A stretch of DNA of 63,632 bases, counting the filler, from Psammoneis japonica (lineage: Eukaryota), in the NCBI GenBank assembly GCA_008632985.1. It is 7 parts of 6 records of this genome, joined end to end, with 100 filler letters (N's around TTAATTAATTAA, not from the genome) between each part and the next. Parts side by side here need not be neighbours in the genome. Positions count along the whole stretch, not along the records: positions 29,159 to 54,064 come from QPGO01000038.1; positions 54,165 to 59,788 come from QPGO01000048.1; 5 more parts are not named here. The stretch is one strand, 5' to 3'. Below are positions 49,061-59,888 of this stretch, piece after piece; within the stretch, counting starts at the first letter, position 1, and the number at the start of each line of letters is the position of its first letter. A program made the position numbers and the translations under genes. Under the pieces are notes generated by a model. The model saw nothing but the letters and a program-made list of their open reading frames with translations, made no database searches and had not been told where the DNA came from.

Positions 49061-50879
49061 CACTTTCCACCTTGGTTTGGTTTTACCCTTTTGGGAATTC
49101 CCCAAAATGGCAAAGGCAAGGGGGAATTGCCTTGCCCTTTTGGGGAATTCCCATGAAATGAGGGCAATTTGGCGGGAAGGAATGACCAAAAGGGCTCAGG
49201 GGAGGGGAACAAAAAACAAATGGAGTGCGGTGATGTGCGGCAATTGTGGACAGGCAGATGTGCTTTCATCCTCGTGGCGACCGGCGCGCGGAAAAAACGA
49301 TGCATGACCATGACGGGTGCATCAACAAATCAACACAAAGCGCCCCCTTGTGGCAGAGCAAGGGAAGAATGAACACCATTGAATCACACATGTTGACACT
49401 GCTCACATGTGGCTCTGTTTTTGCCTTGGCCTTTGCTCTGGAGCCGTTGTGGTTTGCATTTGTGACCACACGACACAAGAAGGAAAAAATGATGCACTGC
49501 ATTCTGTGCATGAGACAGGTCAAAGGGAAGAACGAACATTGTCGATCAATCCGCCACATTTTCACTGACCTTGTGAGGCTCTGCTTTTGCCTCAGCCTTC
49601 GCTCCAGATGCCTCATGGTTTGCATTTGTGGCTGCACGACAACGGAGTGATTCCAGACGACCCGCTTCATTCTGCACGTGAGATGTGTCAGTTGAAACAA
49701 AAACCATGACCATTCAATCCGCCACATTTTTGTCAGCCATGTGCGGCTCCACTTTTGCCTTGAACTTTGCCACAAATGCCGCATGGCTCACATTTGTGAC
49801 CGCAGGAAAGAAAAATGAGTGCAACGATCAGCGCACTGGTTTTCTGCTCAACATCATCTGCCACACTTCTGCTCATTTTTGTTTTGCACTGTCGATCGCA
49901 ATCTCGCTCACTGGATTGGCTGGTGTCATTTTTGTTTGACAAGAGCCGTCGTGGATGGGGTGCGAGTGCTCCATGGCGTGTTGCCCATTTTTGGCTGCGG
50001 TCATCGGTCGATGGTTGATTGTTGCGCATCTGGTGTGTGGCTGCGCACATGCCGGTGCACTGAATGCGCGGAAATGTGCGAGAAGGGAAGCATGGGGAGT
50101 TGCCAATGTGTTGTTTTTTGTTCGCGTGTCAAGCACACACGCAACGAACGGAAATTCGTGGCAGCTCCCCGGGAGCTCACCCTTCCCGCGGAAAAACAGG
50201 GCAAAAGGTGGTGATCCCAGGGAGCTTTGAGAAGCTGCACGGTGAAACCAAACTGGGCTTTCCACGTGGCCTGGAACAACCCAAATCCATGTGGGCTCAG
50301 TGTGCTTTGCCCTGCAGAGCAGTTTTTTGGAGTGCTCTCTGGCTCGCGGCTCAAAATGACACGCAAAGTGGTGCGGACAACGGCATTTTGCCAAACTGAA
50401 AAATGCGGTCATCTCTGCTCTCAATGGAGCTCGGCGCTGTTGCATCATCTTCTGCGAGACAAGCTCGAGAACATCAAGGCCCGCATGGGCAGATCATGGC
50501 AAAAATTCTTGCTGAAGGTTCGCACTGACAACGTCGCCTCTGTTGCATCGCAACGACCTCATGCACTGCCATTCGTGCTGTGTGTTTTGCTGAGGCTTCA
50601 CATGTTTGCAACCGCTCAATTTGTGCACAGTTTCTCTTTCTGCGCTGCTCTTTTGTTTGCCCTGCAGGGCAATTTTTTGGGAGTGTTTTCTGGCTCTGCG
50701 GCTCAAAGCAACACGCAAAACAGTGCTGACAATGGCGTTTCGCCAAATGGAAAAATGCGATTGTCTTTGAGGTCGGAACCTGGACACTCTCAATGGAATT
50801 TGGCGCGTCACATCATTTTCGCATTTTCGCATTTTCGCATTTTCGGCGGTCTTCAAACCAAGAACAATCTCGCCACATG

Positions 50880-51860
50880 TTGCAGGGGGCACTGAAGGGA
50901 CACAGCCCACTGGCAGGGAGCTGATCAAACAAGATTTGTGGCGCAAGTGTTTGGCACTGGGGGCACCTTTGAGGCTTTGTGCCCCCAGCCATGTTGCGCA
51001 ATTCTTGACTTTGCGCCCTTGACCTTTTTGTGCCCTTGGCTGTTTTGCGCCCTTTCCTTTTTTTTGCCCTTGAGCACTTTGCCCCATCTCGTGGTTTTGT
51101 GCCCTTGGCCATTTTGCGCCCTTTGTGACTTTGCGCCCTTGGCCATTTTGTGCCTTTTTTGGCTTTGGGCCCTCAGCCATGTTGCGCAATTCTTGACTTT
51201 GTGCCCTTGACCTTTTTGCGCCCTTGGCTGTTTTGTGCCCTTTCCTTTTTTTGTGCCCTTGAGCATTTTGCGCTTTTTGTGGTTTTGTGCCCTTGCCACT
51301 TTGCGCCCTTTGTGACTTTGCGCCCTTTGTGACTTTGTGCCCTTGGCCATTTTGTGCCTTTTTTGGTTTTGGGCCCTCAGCCATGTTGCGCAATTCTTGA
51401 CTTTGTGCCCTTGACCTTTTTGTGCCCTTGGCTGTTTTGCGCCCTTTCCTTTTTTTGTGCCCTTGAGCATTTTGTGCTTTTTGTGGTTTTGTGCCCTTGC
51501 CATTTTGCGCCCTTTGTGACTTTGTGCCCTTGTCCATTTTGTGCCTTTTTTGGTTTTGGGCCCTCAGCCGCATTTGGTGCCCCTCATGATTTTGTGCCTT
51601 CAGCAATTTTTGGCCATTGTGGTTTTGTGCCCTTTGCCATTTTGGACCCTTTCTGATTTTTTGCCCTTGGCAGCTTTGTGCCCTCAGCCACCATTTTGCA
51701 CCCTCAGTCATTTTGTGACCTCAGCGGTTTTGTGCCCCTGCCTGGTTTGCGCCCTTTGTGATTTGGTGCCCTCAACAGACATTTTTTGTCCTTTTTGATT
51801 TTGCGCCCTTGGCCATTTTGCTGGTCACGACAGAGCTGCAGAACAACAAGAACCTGCCCA
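50880..51860. repeat. Degenerate TTTGTGCCCTT-core tandem array with a higher-order unit of about 190-200 bp
   Basis: Repeated blocks CAGCCATGTTGCGCAATTCTTGACTTTG at about 50987, 51174 and 51378. Confidence 0.85.
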
Positions 51861-53304
51861 ATGAAAATGGCGCAGACAACGGCGTTTTGCCAAGTTGAAA
51901 AATGCGGTTGTCTCTGAGGTCGGAACCTGGATGCTCTCAACAGAATTTGGTGCATTGTGCCATCTTGTGAAAGATTTTCTTCAGCTGAGTCCTCTGGGTG
52001 CCAATTGGAGCCAAGCAGCGTCCGAGGGTTTTGTGCAGAGCACAAGCTGACAGTTGAGTGCCAGAGCGGGACTTGGGCCTGTCTGCAGAAAAGACTTCAA
52101 TGCCAAGGTCTTCATGGTGAGGGCGAGTGCATGGCTCTCTGCACTCAGTGAAATCCCGCTCAACAAGCATGGAAAGAACACTTTGGCAGCTCAAGCTCAT
52201 GCCCAGCTGTGCCCAGCAAATCACACCAGAGTTGATTGTTGGGCCATGTCTTCAATTTAGATGACAAAGTGGCGGAAGACAAAGAATTGCTTGCAGCTGG
52301 AGGTGTGCATTGATGGAGGTGCCAGACAAGCAACGAGGCAGCAAGGTTCAATTGGCTGGTGTCATGCTCCCCGACAGTGTTCCCCCCATGCCCCAAGTCC
52401 ACGGACAGGGGAGGGACAGCAGGAGGTGCACCTTTGGCCTGTCCAAAATGATGTTGACTCCGTGTCGTAGAAGAAAAAAACATTGAAAGTTGCTGAATGG
52501 ATCGCCTGACATTTGCACCATGAAATGATGCAAAATTTTGCCAAAATCACGCAGAAATCTGCGTGCACGACATGCGGCATGATTCAAAAAACTGTCAATG
52601 TCACAGCTCAGCAGTGCGAGGTCCCACCCAGACCTGGAATGCGTCAATGATGAGTGCGAACAGGTGCGTCACTTCAACTCATTTGTGTCAGACGCCCCAT
52701 CAAAATGAGAGCATCATTGTGGGTGCAAATGACGGCGACTCTCTGCATCGCTGCTTGGTTGCTCAGGTGAGTGTCTCTCACAACCAACTGGGGGAGACGG
52801 GCCACATGACCAGCACAATCTGTGCATCCGCATGGATTGTGCTGAGTGGAGATGGGTGCATGCACTGTCGACCTTGAGTTGTGCATCAACTGTCACGCCC
52901 AAGATGCTCTCCAAGAGGTGGGACATTGGCCTGATGGCCGCCAAGAACACCCTCCGAGTGACGACCCAGGCAGGGGTCAGCAACGTCAAGATCATGGGTT
53001 GCATGAGCTCTGGGTGCACGCTCAAGGACAGAAGTGTCTGCGAGCCGGAGGAGCAATTGGGCACCCAGATCAGAAAGTGCCAGTTGTCTGACTTGGAAAG
53101 CAAGGCATGCTGGGCCATGTCCTCTGACCTTTGTGTCAAGTGGGAGTTGACTGATGTTGAGCTGGAGCTCAAGAAAACTGAAAGGCGTCTTCCGACAAAG
53201 GCGTCAACCCCCTTGAGACCGCAACACAGGCCTGAGCTGGACGGCTTGCCTGAGTTGAGTGCCAAAATGGCCACTGTCATCAAGGCTTTGTTGGCGTGCT
53301 CCGA

Positions 53305-54064
53305 GTTGTTTGTTTTTCTTGAAAAGACATGTTTGTTTTTGTCAAAAAGACGCGCTTGTTTTCCTTGAAACAACATGTTTGTTTTCCTTCCTTGAAAAGA
53401 CATGTTTGTTTTCTTTGAAACAACACGTTTGTTTCACTTGAAAAGACATGTTTATTTTCCTTGAAAAGACTTGTTTGTTTTCTTTGAAACGACATGTTTG
53501 TTTTCCTTGAAAAGACATGTTTGTTTTCCTTGAAACAACATGTTTGTTTTCCTTGAAACGACATGTTTGTTTTCCTTGAAAAGACACATTTGTTTTCCTT
53601 GAAACAACATGTTTGTTTTCTCTGAAATGGCATGTTTGTTTTCCTTGAAACGACATGTTTGTTTTCCTTGAAACCACATGTTTGTTTTCCTTGAAATGAC
53701 ACGTTTGTTTTCCTTGAAACGACATGTTTGTTTTCATTGAAAAGACATGTTTGTTTTCTTTGAAATGAAATGTTTGTTTTCCTTGAAAAGACATGTTTGT
53801 TTTCTTTGAAACCACATGTTTGTTTTCCTTGAAACGACATGTTTGTTTTCATTGAAAAGACATGTTTGATTTCCTTGAAACGACATGTTTGTTTTCCTTG
53901 AAACGACATGTTTGTTTTCCTTGAAAAGACACATTTGTTTTCCTTGAAACAACATGATTGTTTTCCTTGAAACGACATGTTTGTTTTCCTTGAAAAGACA
54001 CATTTGTTTTCCTTGAAACAACATGTTTGTTTTCCTTGAAATGGCGCGTTTGTTTTCCTTGAAA
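53305..54064. repeat. 23-bp minisatellite array running to the contig end
   Basis: Same unit as 40480-41717. Confidence 0.95.
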
Positions 54065-54164
54065 NNNNNNNNNNNNNNNNNNNNNNNNNNNNNNNNNNNN
54101 NNNNNNNNTTAATTAATTAANNNNNNNNNNNNNNNNNNNNNNNNNNNNNNNNNNNNNNNNNNNN
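54065..54164. other. Artificial contig-joining spacer
   Basis: N44-TTAATTAATTAA-N44. Confidence 0.95.
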
Positions 54165-54821
54165 CGTGCCGGCTGGTGCCAGTTGCATTAAGTCCGCCGT
54201 GTGCTCGGCAACTTGACACTGATCGTGGGTGAGGTCGCCCACAAGACCGAAGTGGCGGCCGTCCCAAGGCTGCGGGTCGCCAACCACCGTGATCGGATGG
54301 GTGGAGATTCGATGGGAAATTTGATTCTTTCCCGGGTCATTTCCAAGGCCCTGTGCGCGACAGTGGGTCACGACGGGCACAGGTGCATCGTGACCGGACG
54401 CCGCGGTCAATCTTGTAAACAGCGCAGCGGGGCTGTAACGGGACTGGCCGTTTGCGACCGCGGCTGCGTCTGCCACAGTGTTCGCGTGCGTGCCGCAGTG
54501 CGGATCCAACGCCTGCGTGGTGCAGAAATCTGTGCACGTGCGCATGGCGTGTGGAAGAGGTGGCATGGCCACCGGTTGTCCATGGCCATGAACACTCGGT
54601 TGTCCGCCGGCTTGTGCCGGTGGAACAGCCTGTGGTGGTGCTTGCGCGGCTGGAGGGGGCGGCTGTTGCTGCCCCTGTGGTGGGACTGGTGGCCCCTGAG
54701 GCGGGCCTTGTCCCTGCGGCACTGGATGTACAGGTGGCGCTGCGTTGGGAGCCTGAGGCTCCTCTGGAGCTGGCGCTCCTGGATTTGCTGGAGGAAAACC
54801 TCCTGGATTCAACATGCTCAA
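54165..54821 (-). pseudogene. Pro/Gln-rich N-terminus of a probable retroelement ORF1/gag-like protein, TpA-mutated
   Basis: RTCTDFC...DPHCGTH...SHRISTHP...PWDGRHFGLVGD has Cys/His where Tyr would be plausible. The family assignment is tentative. Confidence 0.4.
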
Positions 54822-57255
54822 TGGTGACTTCTTCTACGGAAATGAAAGACAACAGCGGCGGAGGTGTCCTGCGTCGAACCGATGGCATTTTAACCTGTCT
54901 ACGGGCCGGCTTGCTGTTGTTGTTTCCAAAAGAATGAGAGGAAACAAAGCAGCCGGTGAGAGAGGCGGCCAGGAAGTTAGGGAACTTTCAAATGGAATGG
55001 GGAATCTCGCCTTGCGGATTGCTCGAGGACAGTGGTGTTGGGGAAACAGGTGGCGGAGGGAGCGCGCGGAGCGCGCTGGGAGTGGCAGGTCGTCAAATGG
55101 TGTGGGTTAGCGCACATGACGACGTTGCTGACGCAGACAGTCATCCTTTAAGTGAGCAGCCCCATGCACGCTATAAAGTTCATAGCGCACACAAAGAGCT
55201 GCTGACGTCACGGGGTCATTCTGCTTCTATGTGCGCTGCAAATCTCCCCTGTGCACGCTGCCATAAAGTGACATCCACAATTGTGAAGAAAGACAGAAAG
55301 GCAATGGGTCAATTTTCAGTTTGGATTGCCGACATGCATCGATGAACATGTGTGCTTCGCAGGCACCACGCAACAAACTGCAGCACCACAATGATGCGTG
55401 CCGCCGGTGTCTCACTTTACGGCATGATGTCTCAATGACGCTTTCGCCGATTTTCCTGTTTGTTTTTGATTTCTTAACAAAAATTGTGCAATTCATCCGA
55501 AAAGCTTGGCGCTGTGGCTTCTTGACTTTGCTCATGCCACCCTCACAAAAGCAAGCCTTTGTTTCCTTGCCCTGCTTCTGCTTTCTGCTGCTGCTCACCT
55601 TGGGCTTTGGCATGTGCTGGAGATCATTTCTGGCCACCTCAGATGCTGCATGCCTGTGAACTTGTCTGTGCTTTTTGTCTTTTCTTTTTGTTGTTGCTCT
55701 GGCTTCTTGCTGCTCCAACACACAGAGCACTGCTTTTTTGCTGCTGCTGCTGCTGCTGCTTTTGTTCATGATCATCATGCTGGGGAGCTCCTTGCCAAAG
55801 CTGCAAAGAGATGATTTTCCAGATCTGCAACAAGCATCAAAGCAGCAGTTCTTTGTGAGGCAGCTCTCAACAACAACTGGGCCAAACCCCAAACTGGTGC
55901 TGCTGAGAACACTTTGCAGTTTGCAAGGTGTTGCTTGGTCATGGACAACATGCAGAGTTTCTCAGCTGGCTTGCTGTGGTGGCAATGAGCTCTTGCTGGG
56001 TTGTGCTGTGTAGAGCATCTCAGCTGCTTGTGCTTTTGGCACCCAAAGCCGTCTCACAAGTTTCTCTTTTGGCATCTTGTTCATCCCTTCCACCTGTTTC
56101 TTCAAGATGCAGCATGCAGCAGGGCTCTCTGTGAGAGCTGGCATGTGGTGCCATCCTGGCTTCTTTTGCTTTGCCTCTTGCAGCCATCAGAGCTGCAGCT
56201 GGACACACTGGTTCTGCACAAACTCTCCTTGTCTGCACGCCACACTTTGTTTTGCACCAAATTGTGAGGCAAATCTCAACTGGCGCAGCTGTCACACACC
56301 CCAAAATGGCATTGAAAACACTTTGTGGGGTGCTGCTTGGCTGCGGACAACCTTTGGCCTTCTTGGCTGGGGCCAGCTGGGGGGCAGCAGCCAGCTCTCT
56401 TGCTGCTGGGTCACAGCACAACACGCTGCAGAGCATCTCTCAACTGCTGCTTGCTTTTGGTGCCCAAAACAGTCTCACAATTTTCCCTTTTTGGCATTTT
56501 GTTCACCCCTTCCACCCAGTTCTTCAGTGCACAGCACACACCACTCTCCTCTCTGCACCCCGGCTCTTGCCCCTCTTCCTCTGGCTCTCTGCGCATCTTT
56601 TTTGCTTCTTGCTGCTTTGCCTTTTGTTGCAGCCACTGGTGCTGTGGCCAGACACTCTGTTTTGGCACAAGCTCCTTGTCTGCATGTTGCACTTTGCTTC
56701 AAATGTTGTTCCTTGTCCTTTTGAGAGGAGATGCCTTTGGTGATGGGTGCTTGTGCAGAGTTGTTTGTTCTCCCCACTTTAACATCCGGGTTGCTTTTGC
56801 GAGTTGACTCTCGCTTCGCTCGAGTCGAGTTAATCAAAACCTGCTGCCCACACCAGGTAAAAAAATGCCCGCTGCGAGAGGGAGAGAAAAAGGGTTGGCC
56901 GAGGGTGCGGACGGACGGTCGGGAGGAGGAGTTGGTGATGGAGGGATGGCGGAGGAGGAAAGCTTGACATGCAGAGAGATGGTTGGAGAGAGCAAAGCCA
57001 AAGTTGAGGCTGAGGGTTTGGGAAGCCCAAAGCAGGGGTGTGGCAGCATGGCAGGAGGAGCCGAAGTGGGCGGGGGAAAGTTGTTTCCAGGCCGCGTTGG
57101 GTTGGGTGAGGAGGTTGGAAGGAGCTAAAAGGGAGTTGGTGAAGGCAGAGAAGGATGCTTGAGAGTTAGAGAAAGAGGCTTCTTCATCACGACGTTCTTG
57201 CATCGCTGCCAGAACTTCCGCCTGTAAGCCTCAGCACCAAACCTGCTCAAGGATC

Positions 57256-59788
57256 GGGGGCGAAGTCGATATGTTACGCTTTGTCAGCGAGTGCGTTGCT
57301 TGCGGTAGGCTTGTTAATTGGTACACGAGGTGTGCGAAGATCAAAAAAGTAAAGCAAAAATCACAGTACTTTGAGACAATTAGAAGTACCCAAGCAACTT
57401 GTTGCGTTCTTTGTCATGGATACTTATATTATGCGCGTATTTCACTATGGATACCCCGTTTCTCTTTGACTTCGGTAGCTGCTTGTCGTATTCTCTTCAT
57501 CGTATCTGCATTCCAGGGAGGCAAGTGTTCGTGTTCGCAAACGGCAGCCCCAATAGCAGAAGCGATACAACCAGCATCGACGAGAGAGGTGCTGGGCAGG
57601 ACAGCATGCTACTTAGAGATGGATCTTTGACAGAGAAGGCGAAGGTTATAGGAATAGAACCGATTGCTTTTCCGGACGCCGCGACTGGTGACATGTCTGA
57701 AAGAGATTCAGAATCATGTTCTTCTCGCCTAGATGAAATAAGTACCGTGTTTGACGCCATTTCACCGGATATGCACCTTTACAGGGCGTTCGATAAAACC
57801 TGTTGGAGAAAATGGGATGCAGCAGTGAGAGATGGTCCGAGAGGTAGCTTTATTAGAGAACGGGGCTCAGAAACCAAATCCCCCATCCCAGCTGCCGAGC
57901 TTCATACTTGCGATGGTAGTCCCGTGAATCCTACGGGGGCTCGGAACGCCTACTCTGCAGCCATGACGACATGCATTGGTGCAGGAGTCCGGTGAGTCCG
58001 CACCAACCTCTATGATCACATGCAAGGTAGAGAGAGTTTCCTCTTCTCGTAAACATATTTTAAAACATCCGCAGCAGATGGACAATTCCTCCACAACCCC
58101 CCAGCGCCTTCTGGTCCAAAACTATCGTTCAGGGGCATCCACTGAACATTTTGGTCTGAATCATGCCACAATTGGTTGCGAGGTGTACGACATACTGGTC
58201 CTTCAAGGACTTGTGACGAATCAACCATAGGGTCCAACAGCTCATGCAGCGCATTGTTCTCACGTTCAGACCAATCAAGTTTTCCGACTGGGCCAAGAAA
58301 TCCAAGAAATGTAACTGGCTGTTGCAGAGGATCATCTATTGAGTCGTTATCAAGTACCGCCAGCGCAGCTCCAAACGCTGCCTGAGGCCCACCACCTCCA
58401 ATCGGTAGTCTTCCGTCAGACGGGTTTTCTAGGCCCTTTCGGTAGTCATCAATTATAACTTTCCCTGCACAACGACGACGGTGATGCGAGTTTTGATGAA
58501 GACGTACAACTTTAAAATGAGCAGCGGAAGATCAACAGTCTCTCCTTACCGATGACAACTACCCGCTGCTTTGAGATTGCCCTTTTTGGGATAGCTGAAG
58601 TGCTACGAGGACCAGCGACAGAAAGAGCCACTTGCATCTTACATTCATTTTTATCGCCGACGGCGGCATAATGCAGGAAAACACCGTGATGAACGATTAA
58701 ACAACAATAGTCCAGAAAATATTTCAGCATGCGGAAAACAAACTCAATATGTTTAATGTCCAATCGCCCACACAAATCGGAAAGCAACCGCAACCTCCAA
58801 GTCGCTCTTCCTGTTTTCCTGTCGTCATCACATCGCACATTATTTGCCAGCTGTTGAGTAGCAGCCACGCAAATATCGTTTAGTGACGCTCACTAAGCAA
58901 TTGAAATAGCACCCCACATAGTTCGAATCTTTACGTGCAGCATACAATGGCTATCCAGCAGTTCCTCACATCCAGCCACGGTTACATAATGAGTAGGAGT
59001 TGTACAATAGAATTCGTTGAAACACACTGTACGACGTCAGCAAGAACATGTGTCTGGCATGCATCCTACATAATGTGTACAGCACATACTACCGTAGGGC
59101 CATTGCACCCAATCGACGGACGCCTTCCGTTTTGTTTCGCGGTTCTCGCTACAGCGAGCGGCGCAGCATCAGTCACTTTCATGGAGTGCACCGCTGGTCG
59201 TTGTCGACAACCTCCGTGTCTTGTGTTGTGCACCACTGTGGAGGAACCGGATGCAACGTCGTCTCATGAAAAGGACACGTCTCTTGCAAAGGAAATCGAA
59301 GGCACCGTTGCCGCAACGCCAGCGTCTCTTGCACCGCCGCGCAACGCAACGATCACAACTGCGACCGCGGAGGTAGCGCCGACTTCAACCATGATGAACC
59401 AACCGTCGTCGTTGGTGGAAGGAGACGTGCTGGTGTCGCAGACGACAGCAAAACCGCCTGCAAAGGAGCCAATCGCCCTCCCCCCATTGATCCCTTGCAA
59501 GGCATCCGAAATCTGTGGAGGACTGGATTTGGTCACCACACACAATTGCGAATCGGCAAACTCAAGCGGCACCATGCATTTTGAGGATCCGAGCTGCGAC
59601 ATGAGTTTGATCCACACAACCGAAGCAAAAGCAGATGCAAACAACCCGGATCCTGGAAACAACGAAACAACTGAGATGGCAGCAAGGAAGGATGCAAAGA
59701 AGAAATCAAAGGAGATGGCATTGTCTAAAGATGTGAGAGCCTGGCAGAGTTGTCACGCCACCGCACAGTCGTTCATTGATTTCATGAG
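57256..59788 (+). repeat. Second copy of 22302-24838
   Basis: Reverse-complement near-identity. Confidence 0.95.
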
Positions 59789-59888
59789 NNNNNNNNNNNN
59801 NNNNNNNNNNNNNNNNNNNNNNNNNNNNNNNNTTAATTAATTAANNNNNNNNNNNNNNNNNNNNNNNNNNNNNNNNNNNNNNNNNNNN
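59789..59888. other. Artificial contig-joining spacer
   Basis: N44-TTAATTAATTAA-N44. Confidence 0.95.

Noticed and set aside
49085..49155. Clustered GGAATT imperfect palindromes
   Set aside because: Short and imperfect, with no partner terminus found in the window.
40480..54064. 23-bp repeats as a CRISPR array, or KENKHV repeat proteins
   Set aside because: The units are head-to-tail with no unique spacers, there are no cas genes, and the context is eukaryotic. The ORFs arise from stop-free satellite DNA.
29159..57255. Classical RIP or CpG deamination as the cause
   Set aside because: RIP enriches TpA and creates stops, and CpG decay depletes CG. Here TpA is lost, frames stay open and CG remains common in the LTR elements.
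45900..57255. Numerous 100-400 aa Cys/His/Lys-rich ORFs as novel genes
   Set aside because: They have no recognisable domains and overlap in all frames. Loss of TAA/TAG in repetitive DNA explains them.
22302..59788. A giant element bounded by 2.5-kb inverted repeats
   Set aside because: The copies lie on different contigs separated by spacers, so their relative orientation is arbitrary. Haplotig duplication is likely.
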